Assembly: GCF_027023985.1 (NCBI RefSeq)
Contig: NZ_JALVTW010000035.1
Location: forward strand, 1,374 to 65,373
DNA from: Persephonella sp.
GTDB taxonomy: Bacteria; Aquificota; Aquificia; Aquificales; Hydrogenothermaceae
DNA: 64,000 bases
Reading direction: 5' to 3'
Shown: positions 20,126 through 30,544 of the stretch, one piece after another
Layout of the letters: each line of letters begins with the position of its first letter
Numbering within the stretch: the stretch's first letter is position 1
Translations under genes and position numbers: made by a program
Notes under the pieces: model-generated
What the model saw: the letters and a program-made list of their open reading frames with translations, nothing else
Databases searched by the model: none
Told to the model about the DNA's origin: nothing

Positions 20126-20855
20126 CTTTGATTAAAACCGGAGTTTCCTGCAAAAATTTATAAAGACTATCTATATCAACCTGATTTTTTACAAAATATA
20201 TCCTGCCGCCTTTTGTGTTTCCTTTTTCTTTCAGGGGGGTAAATCTGTAATATTTTTCCTTTGTCGCTACATAGCCGGTCAGATAATCAGGCTCATCTGA
20301 TATACAGTATTCTGCAACTATATCAGGATGAAGCATATTTTTCGTGGCTAAGGCTAAAGCATCTGCTGTTCTTTCTGTCCAGCCTTTTTGTAAAAGTTTC
20401 TGAACTACCTTTTCCCTGTCCATGAAATCCACATCTGTTGTCCTCACTCCCCTGAAACTATCTTTTTCTATTCTTTCTCCTTCTAAATTTACTATCATGG
20501 CTCCACGCATATTACTGCCGTCAGGTGCAGCTCCAGAGTGTATTAGAGTGATAAGTTGTTTGAGCTTTTTTTCAGATAATCCTGTTACTTCCTTTAAGAG
20601 CCGAATAGCCTTTTGGTTAGCCTCAATATAATCATCAAACTGTAGTTCTTCTATTGGCAGTGTTTTTTCTACTATTAAAGGTTTTTCTTTTACAGACTGG
20701 ATTTTTATATTTATATCATCGTGTTCTTTTGAAGCAACACGATTATATAAATTGGACAGGGTTTGCTCAATTTTTTCTTCAGGAACTATCCTTTCGGCTC
20801 CTGAAACATGCTTTCCCTCTAAGGAAGCCCTAAGTTTTATACTAAAAAGTTTCAT
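20115..20855 (-). CDS. bioW: 6-carboxyhexanoate-CoA ligase
   Basis: HVSGAER, NMRGAM, RGVRTT, ALALATK, EYCISDEPDYLTGY, GGRIYF. Confidence 0.93.
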   Translation of the reverse strand: MKLFSIKLRASLEGKHVSGAERIVPEEKIEQTLSNLYNRVASKEHDDINIKIQSVKEKPLIVEKTLPIEELQFDDYIEANQKAIRLLKEVTGLSEKKLKQLITLIHSGAAPDGSNMRGAMIVNLEGERIEKDSFRGVRTTDVDFMDREKVVQKLLQKGWTERTADALALATKNMLHPDIVAEYCISDEPDYLTGYVATKEKYYRFTPLKEKGNTKGGRIYFVKNQVDIDSLYKFLQETPVLIKDVK

Positions 20856-21448
20856 AGCTCAAGATGATGTTGAATTCCCAGATTAAAACTTCTTCTATGT
20901 ATTGGAGTTAAACCGTATTTTTGGATTTCCTGTTTATGTAGCTTTGTTGGATAGCCTTTGTGTTTTTCAAAGGAATGGGGAAAGACCTTCCCAAACTCTT
21001 CCATTATTTTATCTCTTGTAACCTTTGCTATTATTGAAGCTGCTGCAACAGACAGGCTTTTTTCATCAGCTTTTTTTACGGAAATATGGGGATATGGTTC
21101 AAATCTAACATAATCGGTAATTAAAAAATCATAATCTGTTTTAAGGTCTTCAAGGGCTCTTTCCATTGCCAGTTTTGTGGCATTGTAGATATTAATTTTG
21201 TCTATTATATTGCTGTCAACTATGCCTATGCCAATTGCTATGGCTTTTTGTTTAATTTCTTCTATCAGATTTTCCCTTTGTTTAGGGGTGAGTTTCTTTG
21301 AGTCTTTGAAAATAAAAGGTTTTATATCAGGTGGAAAAATAACAGCGGCAGCAACTACGGGGCCTGCCAGAGGGCCCCTACCTGCCTCATCTATTCCTAC
21401 AACTTTTGAATAACCTTTTTCCCAAAGGCTTTTTTCAATTTCAAGCAT
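20852..21448 (-). CDS. rnhB: Ribonuclease HII
   Basis: GIDEAGRGPLAGPVV, DSKKL, AAASIIAKVTRD, HKGYPT. Start placed at ATG 21448. Confidence 0.96.
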   Translation of the reverse strand: MLEIEKSLWEKGYSKVVGIDEAGRGPLAGPVVAAAVIFPPDIKPFIFKDSKKLTPKQRENLIEEIKQKAIAIGIGIVDSNIIDKINIYNATKLAMERALEDLKTDYDFLITDYVRFEPYPHISVKKADEKSLSVAAASIIAKVTRDKIMEEFGKVFPHSFEKHKGYPTKLHKQEIQKYGLTPIHRRSFNLGIQHHLEL

Positions 21449-21452
21449 TAAC

Positions 21453-21851
21453 CTACTGATTTTCTTTAGCAGCAGCAGATTCTTCTGCTCTTTTTCTGAG
21501 TTCCCACTCTTTGATTTCTCTAATCTTAGCAGCTTTACCTCTTCTTTCTCTGAGGTAGTAGAGTTTAGCCCTTCTAACTTTACCTCTTTTGGAGAGTTCA
21601 ATTTTTTCTATTGATGGACATGCAAATGGGAATGTTCTTTCAATTCCTACACCATAAGATTCTTTTCTTACAGTAAAGCTTTTTCCTGTTCCACTTCCTT
21701 TAATTCTAATTACAACACCTTCAAAAACCTGAATTCTCTCTTTGTTTCTTTCTTTAACTTTTACATGAACTTTTACTGTGTCACCAACTCTAAATTCAGG
21801 AATGTCCTGCGGGATGTATTTTTGCTCTATTTCTCTGATTAACTGGTGCAT
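21453..21851 (-). CDS. rplS: 50S ribosomal protein L19
   Basis: [29 protein letters not shown]. Confidence 0.98.
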   Translation of the reverse strand: MHQLIREIEQKYIPQDIPEFRVGDTVKVHVKVKERNKERIQVFEGVVIRIKGSGTGKSFTVRKESYGVGIERTFPFACPSIEKIELSKRGKVRRAKLYYLRERRGKAAKIREIKEWELRKRAEESAAAKENQ

Positions 21852-21935
21852 TTCTTCCTCCTCAAGCTAATTTAGCAAAACAATAGTTTACTATAATGTT
21901 TAAAAAAAATAAAGTATCCTTAAAGTAAGCCGTTA

Positions 21936-23153
21936 TTAATTATGTTGAAGATCAAATTTTTCTTGGGCTAAAGGAATAAATTTCCTTTCTATCACTGGAT
22001 AATCGTTGACTACGCCTTTTGACAATAAGATTTGGAACACATAATTTGAACCCACCCAAAAAGAAACAGCAGAAGCTATAAGGTATAAATCCCACATTCT
22101 GATAAATTTTTCATCAAACATTTCCCGAATTTTATCTATGTTTTTCCAGAAATTTTCCCTCCATTTTTTCAATGTATAGTAGTAATGCATACGCCAGTTA
22201 TCAAAATCCACAAGAAAATACTTAAACTGAAATGAACATAAAGAATCCATTATTTCACTAATTGAAGGTAGATAACCTCCCGGGAATATATATTTCCTTA
22301 TCCATCTGCTCTGGGTATCTGTGTGCATTTTACCTATTGTGTGAAGGAGAAATAATCCACCCTTATCAAGCACTTGATATACCTTATCGAAAAAGTCACG
22401 GTAATGTTCCCTTCCCACATGTTCAAACATTCCTACAGAAACGACCTTGGTAAACTTTTTGTTTAAGTCAGGAAGCTGGGTATAATGCATAAGATATACT
22501 TCAACTCTATCTTCTAAATTCCTATTTTTAATTTCTTCTTTCACATGCTTATATTGATTTTCTGAAAGGGTTATTCCAACTGCTTTTAAACCATATCTTT
22601 CTGCACTTTCCAGTATAATTGAGCCCCATCCACAACCAATATCAAGTAAAGTATCATTTTCATTTAATTGAAGTTTGTCATATATTATTTTTCTTTTTAA
22701 TTTTTGAGCATCTTCAAGACTCATATCGGGACTTTCAAAAAAGGCACAGGAGTAAGTCATACTATCATCAAGAAATAGTTTATAAAAGTCATCTCCAATA
22801 TCATAATGATACTGGATATTTTCTTTATCCCGGGAAACGCTCCATCTAAATATATTTTTAATTAATGTGGTGGCTTTATTTTTCTCCATCTGATTTGCAA
22901 GATAAAATCCTCTTTTTAGTATTTCTTCCAAATCTCCCTCTATTTCTATATCACCATTCATATAACCTTCCCCAAATCCCATTTCAATATCTTTTAATAC
23001 ATTATTAAGAGCAGTTTCTGTTTTGAATTTAATAAGGTAGTCTGGCTTTGAAGACGATATTATTTTTCCGGATGGTAATTGAATACCGATGATTTTATCT
23101 TGATTTTGATTGATTTGGGAAAGGAATTTTTCTATTATCTTTTCTTTAATCAA
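21936..23153 (-). CDS. cfa: Cyclopropane-fatty-acyl-phospholipid synthase family methyltransferase
   Basis: HYDIG, MTYSCAFF, LDIGCGWG, SVGMFEHVG, YIFPGG. Confidence 0.9.
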   Translation of the reverse strand: MIKEKIIEKFLSQINQNQDKIIGIQLPSGKIISSSKPDYLIKFKTETALNNVLKDIEMGFGEGYMNGDIEIEGDLEEILKRGFYLANQMEKNKATTLIKNIFRWSVSRDKENIQYHYDIGDDFYKLFLDDSMTYSCAFFESPDMSLEDAQKLKRKIIYDKLQLNENDTLLDIGCGWGSIILESAERYGLKAVGITLSENQYKHVKEEIKNRNLEDRVEVYLMHYTQLPDLNKKFTKVVSVGMFEHVGREHYRDFFDKVYQVLDKGGLFLLHTIGKMHTDTQSRWIRKYIFPGGYLPSISEIMDSLCSFQFKYFLVDFDNWRMHYYYTLKKWRENFWKNIDKIREMFDEKFIRMWDLYLIASAVSFWVGSNYVFQILLSKGVVNDYPVIERKFIPLAQEKFDLQHN

Positions 23154-23227
23154 TGGGAGCCCCTCCGGGAGAAAGATACAATAAAAATATATGCGCTGTA
23201 ATTTTATTTTCCAGAGGGGCTAAATAT

Positions 23228-23713
23228 TTATTTATTTAACAATTTATCCAGTTCTTCTACTACTTTTGCAACATGACCTTTGGCCTTAACATTTCTCCAT
23301 TTTTTGACTATTGTTCCATCAGGGGCAATTATGTATGTGGAGCGAATAACACCTTTTGTTACCTTGCCATACATTTTTTTCTCGCCATAGGCATCATAAG
23401 CTTCTAAAACTTTTTTATCTGGGTCTGAAAGGAGATAAAAGTTCAGATTATACTTCTCTTTAAATTTTTTGTGGCTGTTCATACTATCCGGGCTAACTCC
23501 TGCAACAACTGCTTTGTCTCCAATTACATTAAGATTATCCCTGAAATCGCAAGCTTCTGTGGTGCAACCTGGAGTATTATCCTTCGGATAAAAATATAAA
23601 ATGAGATATTTACCTTCAGAAAGTAAGTCTTTAAGGCAGATTTCCTTTTCTTCACCTTCAGGCGTTAATCCCTGCAGACAAAAATCTGGTGCTTTATCTC
23701 CTTCTTTTAACAT
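23228..23713 (-). CDS. bcp: Peroxiredoxin Bcp/PrxQ
   Basis: YFYPKDNTPGCTTEAC. Confidence 0.95.
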   Translation of the reverse strand: MLKEGDKAPDFCLQGLTPEGEEKEICLKDLLSEGKYLILYFYPKDNTPGCTTEACDFRDNLNVIGDKAVVAGVSPDSMNSHKKFKEKYNLNFYLLSDPDKKVLEAYDAYGEKKMYGKVTKGVIRSTYIIAPDGTIVKKWRNVKAKGHVAKVVEELDKLLNK

Positions 23714-23727
23714 TGTTTTCCTCCTTT

Positions 23728-24357
23728 TTATTTATATCTTCTTAGTAACTCTTCCTGAATATCTTCTAATTTTATTCCTGTATCGGCAAGTGCAATAATC
23801 AAATGAAAAATAAGGTCTGCAGTTTCATAGACAATTTCGTCTTTATCTTTATTTTTCAGGGCTATTACAGTTTCTATAGCTTCCTCTCCTACTTTTTGGA
23901 TAATTTTGTCTGAACCTTTTTCAAATAATTTTGCAACATAAGAGCCTTCAGGTTTTGTTGTTTTTCTTTCTAGGACTTTTTCATATAAAGCGTGGAATAT
24001 CTCATAGGCATCAGGTTTTTCTTCTTTTTTCAGGTTTATATCCCTGTAAAAACAGCTTTCTTCCCCTGTATGACAGGCCACTCCGTAATCTTTTACAAGA
24101 TATAAAACACTATCTTCATCACAATCTATTTTTATTTTTACTACTTTTTGCTTATTTCCAGAGGTTTCTCCCTTTACCCATAGTTCCTGTCTGGAACGGG
24201 AATAGTATGTGGCATAACCGGTTTCAATGGTTTTTTCTATAGCTTCTTTATTGGCATAGGCCTGCATAAGAACCTTTCCTGTGTAATAGCTCTGGGTTAC
24301 AACAGGCACAAGTCCATGGGAGTTGAATTTTATTTTTTCCAGAATAGATTTATCCAA
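23728..24357 (-). CDS. hisIE: Bifunctional PR-AMP cyclohydrolase/PR-ATP pyrophosphatase
   Basis: [35 protein letters not shown]. Confidence 0.96.
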   Translation of the reverse strand: MDKSILEKIKFNSHGLVPVVTQSYYTGKVLMQAYANKEAIEKTIETGYATYYSRSRQELWVKGETSGNKQKVVKIKIDCDEDSVLYLVKDYGVACHTGEESCFYRDINLKKEEKPDAYEIFHALYEKVLERKTTKPEGSYVAKLFEKGSDKIIQKVGEEAIETVIALKNKDKDEIVYETADLIFHLIIALADTGIKLEDIQEELLRRYK

Positions 24358-24425
24358 TAGAATTACCTCTTAATAATTTGTTATATAATTAAGAAATTAT
24401 ACTTAAATTAAGTGGGAAAGAAAAA

Positions 24426-26324
24426 ATGTTAAGTAAATATAAAGTTTTAAATAAAATAAATGATTATAAAGACCTGAAAAATCTTTCTGATGAAGAGATA
24501 AAATCTCTAATAGAAGAAATCAGGGATTATATCATTGAGGTAACCTCCAGAAATGGTGGTCATATTGGGCCTTCCCTTGGTGTCGTTGAGTTAACAGTAG
24601 CACTTCTAAAGGTATTTAACCCTGAGATGGATAGAATCGTCTGGGATATAGGTCATCAGGCCTATTCATGGAAAATCCTAACAGGTAGAAAAGAGCAATT
24701 TAAAACACTCAGACAGTATAAAGGCATTTCAGGATTTCTAAAAAGGACTGAAAGTCCCTACGACCATTTTGGTGCAGGACACAGTAGCACCTCAATCTCT
24801 GCTGCCCTTGGAATGAGAATGGCAAAAGACCTGAAAAAAGAGGAAGGCTGGAGTATTGCCGTTATCGGTGATGGTGCAATGACAGCCGGTCAAGCTTTTG
24901 AAGGTCTAAATAATGCAGGATGGTTAGACCCAAGCAAGTTTATCGTCATTCTTAATGATAATCAGATGTCTATATCTCCAAACGTCGGGGCAATTTATAC
25001 ATATTTCAACAGAATAATAACAAATGAAGTATTCCAGAAATCAAGACAAAAACTAAAAGATGTAATAAAGAAAGTTTTTGGTGAACAAGGTGCAAAGGTT
25101 GCAAGGAAGTTTGAAGAATACATAAAAGGGCTTTTTGCCCCAGGTGTCATATTTGAGGAACTTGGTTTCACATACGTGGGACCTGTTGATGGACACAATG
25201 TTTTTGAACTAGAAAAAACACTGGAAAATATCAAAAAAATGAGAGGTCCTATAATTCTGCATATACTCACCCAAAAAGGAAAAGGATATAAACCTGCAGA
25301 AGAAAACCCAACTCCATTTCATGGAATATCTCCTTTTGACAAAATAACAGGAACACCAATTAAGAAAGTCGGTGCTCCACCTTCCTGGAGTAAAGTTTTT
25401 GGTAAGGCTCTGACAGAGATTGCAGAAAAGGATGAGAAGGTTGTAGCAATTACGCCGGCTATGAAAGAAGGCTCAGGGCTTACCGAATTTGCAGATAGAT
25501 TTCCGGATAGATTTTTTGATGTTGGTATAGCTGAACAGCATGCTGCCACATTTGCTGCAGGACTTGCAGCAGAAGGAATGAAACCTGTTCTATCTTATTA
25601 TTCAACATTTCTACAAAGGGGATATGACCAGGTTATCCATGATATTGCCCTTCAACATTTACCTGTTGTAATTGCAATTGATAGGGCAGGACTGGTAGGA
25701 GAAGATGGACCAACACACCATGGAGTTTATGATATAGCATTTTTAAGGGCTATTCCTGATATCGTTATATCTGCCCCTAAAGACCAACAAGAGTTAAGAA
25801 ATCTCCTTTATACTGCAATAAACTCTGGCAAAACATTTGCCATAAGATATCCCCGAGGTTCAGCTATAGGAGAAAAAGCAGAAGGATTTGAGGAAATTCC
25901 TATAGGTAGTTGGGAAGTTTTAGATGAAGGAAAAGATATAGCTATCCTTGCTGTTGGTAAGTATGTAGAAAAAGCTAAAGAAACCAAAAATCAGCTTAAA
26001 AAATATGGAATAAATCCGACTATTGTTAATGCAAGATTTATTAGACCTCTGGATAAAAAACTCCTAAATGAAATTCTAAGCGCCCATCATTTTGTTATAA
26101 CTATGGAAGATGGAACTGTAAATGGTGGTTTTGGAAGTGCTATAGCCGAGTATATTCTGGATAATAGATACTCCAACGAACTGCTGAGATTTGGTATTCC
26201 TGATAGATTTGTTCAACACGGAAAGATAGACAAATTAGAAGAGGAACTGGGACTGTTACCGTCCCAAATGGTTGTTAAAATCATGGACTTTATAAAAGGA
26301 GAAAACTACAAAGTAGTAGGTTAA
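24426..26324 (+). CDS. dxs: 1-deoxy-D-xylulose-5-phosphate synthase
   Basis: GGHIGPSLG, DIGHQAY, GHSSTSIS, GDG...NDN, IAEQH, DGPTH. Confidence 0.98.
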   Translation: MLSKYKVLNKINDYKDLKNLSDEEIKSLIEEIRDYIIEVTSRNGGHIGPSLGVVELTVALLKVFNPEMDRIVWDIGHQAYSWKILTGRKEQFKTLRQYKGISGFLKRTESPYDHFGAGHSSTSISAALGMRMAKDLKKEEGWSIAVIGDGAMTAGQAFEGLNNAGWLDPSKFIVILNDNQMSISPNVGAIYTYFNRIITNEVFQKSRQKLKDVIKKVFGEQGAKVARKFEEYIKGLFAPGVIFEELGFTYVGPVDGHNVFELEKTLENIKKMRGPIILHILTQKGKGYKPAEENPTPFHGISPFDKITGTPIKKVGAPPSWSKVFGKALTEIAEKDEKVVAITPAMKEGSGLTEFADRFPDRFFDVGIAEQHAATFAAGLAAEGMKPVLSYYSTFLQRGYDQVIHDIALQHLPVVIAIDRAGLVGEDGPTHHGVYDIAFLRAIPDIVISAPKDQQELRNLLYTAINSGKTFAIRYPRGSAIGEKAEGFEEIPIGSWEVLDEGKDIAILAVGKYVEKAKETKNQLKKYGINPTIVNARFIRPLDKKLLNEILSAHHFVITMEDGTVNGGFGSAIAEYILDNRYSNELLRFGIPDRFVQHGKIDKLEEELGLLPSQMVVKIMDFIKGENYKVVG

Positions 26325-26325
26325 A

Positions 26326-27540
26326 TTAGGAGTGCTCTTCAACCCATTTGTATGCCAGATAAGCCATTACTGATACGCCTATAGGTAGGACATCCTCATC
26401 TATATCAAACAGTGGACTGTGGAGAGGTGCTGTTATTCCTTTTTCCTCATTTCTAATTCCAATTCTGATAAATGTTCCTGGAACTTTCATAAGATATTCA
26501 GCAAAATCTTCGCCACCCATACTTGGATTTTCCAGCTCAACCACATTTTCTTCTCCAAGTAAATCCTTCATCATACCAAGGGCAAATTTTGTTGTTTTCT
26601 CATCATTTATTACAGGTGGAGTTCCATGTTGATAATCAAATTCATAAGCAGCTCCATAGGCAAGGGTTACACCCCAGATAGTATGCTCCATCCATTTTGG
26701 TATCTGATCTCTAAGCTCAAGGCTAAGAGTTCTAACTGTTCCTCCCATCTCAATTTCATCGGGAATAATGTTATCTGCATATCCGCCTTTTATCCTTCCG
26801 ATAGTTAAAACTGCCGGATGCAGCGGATCAACTTTTCTGCTAACTATATGATGGAGGGAGTTTATAACCTGTGCTCCTACAAGAACAGGGTCAACTCCAA
26901 GGTGTGGTCTGGAGGCATGGGCACCTTTCCCTTTAATTTTTATATGGAATATATCGGAGGAAGCCATCATATGACCTATCTTTGTTCCCACTTTTCCTGC
27001 AGGAAGTTCAGGGAACATGTGGGCTCCAAAAATAGCTGATACTTTCGGATTATCTAAAACTCCTGCTTCTACTAATTTTTTTGCTCCATCACAATCATGT
27101 CTTTCTTCACAGGGCTGGAATATAAGTTTTACATTCCCCTGAAGATGTTCCTTTAATTCAGTTAAAACCTTGGCAGCCCCTAATAAGATGGTAGTATGAG
27201 CATCATGGCCACAGGAATGCATAACATTTGGAACTTTTGAGGCATAGGGTTTTCCTGTTTTTTCCTGCATAGGCAGGGCATCCATATCAGCCCTAAGGGC
27301 TACGGTTATATCATGTTTTCCTTTAATAAGACCGACAACTGCTGTAGTTCCACCGAAATTTTCTATTACTTCATCAACTCCAAATTCTCTTAGTTTTTCT
27401 GCAACAAATTTTGCTGTTTTATGCTCTTGTGCAGAAAGTTCAGGATACATATGTATATGTCTTCTCCACTGGATAAGTTCATCTTTTATCTGGTTTGATA
27501 ATTTTTTGATTTCTTCTCTGGCGTCAATATGAATAGACAT
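26326..27540 (-). CDS. M20 family amidohydrolase
   Basis: RADMDALP, HSCGHDAH, QPCEE, MGGEDF, LHSP. Confidence 0.92.
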   Translation of the reverse strand: MSIHIDAREEIKKLSNQIKDELIQWRRHIHMYPELSAQEHKTAKFVAEKLREFGVDEVIENFGGTTAVVGLIKGKHDITVALRADMDALPMQEKTGKPYASKVPNVMHSCGHDAHTTILLGAAKVLTELKEHLQGNVKLIFQPCEERHDCDGAKKLVEAGVLDNPKVSAIFGAHMFPELPAGKVGTKIGHMMASSDIFHIKIKGKGAHASRPHLGVDPVLVGAQVINSLHHIVSRKVDPLHPAVLTIGRIKGGYADNIIPDEIEMGGTVRTLSLELRDQIPKWMEHTIWGVTLAYGAAYEFDYQHGTPPVINDEKTTKFALGMMKDLLGEENVVELENPSMGGEDFAEYLMKVPGTFIRIGIRNEEKGITAPLHSPLFDIDEDVLPIGVSVMAYLAYKWVEEHS

Positions 27541-27591
27541 TAGACCCTCCTGTGATATAGTTATAAATACAATATATTGCTATTAATTATT

Positions 27592-28584
27592 TTATTCCAT
27601 GAGATTTTTCAGGCCATTTAAAACCATATCAGGAGTTATATCTTGCATGCACTCAAATGTGCCTGTTGGACATTCGTTGTGACCATGAAGTCCGCAAGGT
27701 CTACATTTTAGGCCTTTAACTTCAACAACAATACCGTTTCTGTATGGATAAAACCCAAAATCTGTTATTGTGGGACCATATATATCAACCACAGGGGTAT
27801 TAAATGCAACTGCCATATGAACAGGTGCCGAATCATTTGATATAAGGGCTTTTGCATGTTTTATCAGAGAAAAACTTTCCCTTAAATTTGTTTTGCCAAC
27901 GAGATTTAAAGGTTTATTTTTCAAAAGAGATATTATTTTTTGAGTAAAAGGTAAATCCTCTTCTCCACCAATCAGCACAATATTTTCATTTTCCATAAGA
28001 GCTTTTATTACTTCCCTGAAACCCTCTACCGTCCATCTTTTTGTATTCCATTTTGAACCGGGAGCTATTAGGATATAGTCTTTATCTTTTAATCCATATT
28101 TTTGATAACTTTTATCTTCCTCTTCAGTTAAAAACAGTTCCGGGATTTTATGGAGTTTATCCTCAGAATATTCAGGAAAAACCTTAAGCAAAGATAGATT
28201 TCTGTCTATCTCATGGGTTCCATCAAATCTATGGGGAATCGTTTTTGAGTATAAAAAAGAGAAGCCTGCTTTATCAAAGCCTACCCTGAACGGAATTCCT
28301 GATAAAAACAGAGAATAAGCTGCCCTATGGGAACGATGGGGAGATATTGCTATATCAAATTTTTCCTTTCTTAATCTTTTGATTAAAGAAAAGGTTGAAT
28401 CTTTTGATTTATCAAAAATAATAAGCTCATCTACATACGGATTATTCTTTAAGACTTGTTTCCCAAATGGTTTTGCAATTACATAAAGTTTGCTATCAGG
28501 AAAGAGATTTTTTATTGAATGGAATAGGGGAGTAGAAAGGATTAAATCCCCCAAAAAAGCTGTCTGCCAGACTACTATCTTCAT
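27592..28584 (-). CDS. waaF: LPS heptosyltransferase II-like (GT9)
   Basis: QTAFLGDL, APGSKWNTKRW, SNDSAPVH, YGPT. Confidence 0.8.
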   Translation of the reverse strand: MKIVVWQTAFLGDLILSTPLFHSIKNLFPDSKLYVIAKPFGKQVLKNNPYVDELIIFDKSKDSTFSLIKRLRKEKFDIAISPHRSHRAAYSLFLSGIPFRVGFDKAGFSFLYSKTIPHRFDGTHEIDRNLSLLKVFPEYSEDKLHKIPELFLTEEEDKSYQKYGLKDKDYILIAPGSKWNTKRWTVEGFREVIKALMENENIVLIGGEEDLPFTQKIISLLKNKPLNLVGKTNLRESFSLIKHAKALISNDSAPVHMAVAFNTPVVDIYGPTITDFGFYPYRNGIVVEVKGLKCRPCGLHGHNECPTGTFECMQDITPDMVLNGLKNLME

Positions 28585-29529
28585 TTATTTTTCTATAAAC
28601 CTGCCCATTGAGTAGAATTTGGATTGTCTTTCCTCTACAAGCTGGTCAGGTGGAATATCTATTATTTCTCTTAATGCTTTTCTAAGTGCTCTTTTTAAAA
28701 GTCTGTATGTTTTTTTAGGTTGCAGGTGTGCTCCTCCCGGTGGCTCAGGAACTATACAGTCTATAATTCCGAGCTCTTTTAAATGTTTTGCGGTTATTTT
28801 CAGATTTTCTGCTGCTTCAGGGGCTTTTTCCTGTGATTTAAACAGAATTGCTGCACATCCTTCAGGGGATATTACAGAGTATATAGAGTTTTCAAGCATC
28901 AGTATTCTATCCCCAACACCAAGGGCAAGTGCTCCACCGCTTCCGCCTTCTCCAATAACAGTAGCAACAATAGGAACTCTTAAACCACCCATTGTCATTA
29001 TACTTTCTGCAATAGCCTGTGATTGTCCTCTTTCTTCTGCTCCAATTCCCGGGTATGCTCCTGGTGTATCTATAAATGTAAAAACAGGACGGCCAAATTT
29101 TTCTGCCAGTTTCATAATTCTTATAGCTTTTCTATATCCTTCTGGGTGTGGCATACCAAAATTTCTTTCTATTTTTTCCTTTGTATCTTTCCCTTTCTCA
29201 TGACCTATAACAGCAACAGGTATCCCTTCAAAAAATGCAAATCCTGCAATTATAGCTTTGTCATCTCCAAATCTTCTATCCCCGTGCAGTTCAACAAAAT
29301 CTGTAAATAGATTATTTATATAATCACTGGTATGTGGCCTTTTTGGGTGCCTTGCCAGTTGAACTCTTTCCCATGCAGAAAGCTCTTCTATTCTATTTCT
29401 TGTAAGCTTTCTAAATTCTTTTCTTGCCTGTATTAATTCTTTTAATTTTTCTTTATTTCCTTTCTTAACTTCCTTTCTTAAAAGCTCTATTCTTTCTGAT
29501 AAAGACTGTATATCTTTGTTTCCTTCCAT
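28585..29529 (-). CDS. accA: Acetyl-CoA carboxylase carboxyltransferase alpha
   Basis: ARHPKRP, NFGMPHPEGYRKA, DTPGAYPG, GEGGSGGA, SPEGCA. Confidence 0.98.
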   Translation of the reverse strand: MEGNKDIQSLSERIELLRKEVKKGNKEKLKELIQARKEFRKLTRNRIEELSAWERVQLARHPKRPHTSDYINNLFTDFVELHGDRRFGDDKAIIAGFAFFEGIPVAVIGHEKGKDTKEKIERNFGMPHPEGYRKAIRIMKLAEKFGRPVFTFIDTPGAYPGIGAEERGQSQAIAESIMTMGGLRVPIVATVIGEGGSGGALALGVGDRILMLENSIYSVISPEGCAAILFKSQEKAPEAAENLKITAKHLKELGIIDCIVPEPPGGAHLQPKKTYRLLKRALRKALREIIDIPPDQLVEERQSKFYSMGRFIEK

Positions 29530-29542
29530 ACTCCCAAGCCCT

Positions 29543-30544
29543 TTAAAAATTTTGTTTTATTACCAAAAAGATATAAATAATATAAAACATTCCTCCCAGT
29601 GTAAGCCCAAAGGGAATTAATTTCTTTTCGACATAAGATGTTACCAATGCAATAAATCCTGCCATAATTGTGAAAATTCCTGACACAAAAGCAAGCCCTG
29701 TAATGTCCCATTGTGTAAAAACAACCCCTATAGAAACCGGTATTGTGCTCTGGAAAACCATTGCTCCGCTTATATTACCAACAGCGAGGGTGTCTTTCCC
29801 CCGTAAAATCCATAAAACACTGTTTATTTTTTCAGGCAGTTCTGTTGCTATAGGTGCCACAAGCAGTGAAAAAATAAGCGCAGGAAAACCAATTGCAATA
29901 CTTATATTTTCAAGACCTTTTATAAAAATGTTTGCCCCTGTAATCATAATAATAAGGGATACAATTACTTGCAGAAGTATTATTAATATAGAAGGCTCCG
30001 GATTTTTGGGTGCAAAATATAGATGTTCCACTTCTTCCATTTCTTGACTTTCGCCTTTAAGCGTAAGGAAAACATACAAAATATAAATTCCTAATAAAAA
30101 TAATGCTGTAAAAATCCTTAATAAATGGTCTTCAAAAGGCACTATAAATAAAGCTACTGAATATGCGAAAAGGAAGAATACAAGGTCTCTTCTAAAGCCT
30201 ATTGTTTCTATATTTATCTCAAGGCTTCTTTTTTTCAGAAGAAAATATCCTATTAGGACGGTTATTCCAACAAGTGGAAATGCCAGAGTTGATAGCATAA
30301 ACGGTGCTCCGAGTATTGCCCCGACACCTATATCATGTCCGTGATTATGACCAAAAAAGAATATAGCTATTATAGGCAAAATAGTCTCCGGTAGAGCCGT
30401 TCCAATTGCAGCCAGAATACTGCCTGTAAAATTCTGGGATAGATTAAGCTTGTCCCCTAAAGCCTCTACGCCGTTTGTAAAAAGCTCTGCAGATATCAGA
30501 ATAAATACAAGACCTGCTATAAAAAGCAGTATATCTATAATCAC
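29543..30544 (-). CDS. Sodium/calcium antiporter (CaCA family)
   Basis: Two alpha repeats (GTALPE, ATELPE); multi-TM. Confidence 0.88.
   Translation of the reverse strand: MIIDILLFIAGLVFILISAELFTNGVEALGDKLNLSQNFTGSILAAIGTALPETILPIIAIFFFGHNHGHDIGVGAILGAPFMLSTLAFPLVGITVLIGYFLLKKRSLEINIETIGFRRDLVFFLFAYSVALFIVPFEDHLLRIFTALFLLGIYILYVFLTLKGESQEMEEVEHLYFAPKNPEPSILIILLQVIVSLIIMITGANIFIKGLENISIAIGFPALIFSLLVAPIATELPEKINSVLWILRGKDTLAVGNISGAMVFQSTIPVSIGVVFTQWDITGLAFVSGIFTIMAGFIALVTSYVEKKLIPFGLTLGGMFYIIYIFLVIKQNF

Noticed and set aside
21449-21601. N-terminal extension of rnhB in the ORF track
   Set aside because: It overlaps rplS in another frame; ATG 21448 directly after the rplS stop gives a normal-length RNase HII.
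23154-23175. GGAG-GGG-CTCC hairpin over the cfa SD as an RNA thermometer
   Set aside because: A 4-bp stem with a 3-nt loop is too weak to support, especially in a probable thermophile.
28619-29203. 194-aa antisense ORF over accA, and the many other 60-160 aa antisense ORFs in the track
   Set aside because: They are shadows of well-supported genes on the opposite strand, with Ser/Phe/Ile-rich composition and no motifs or SD.
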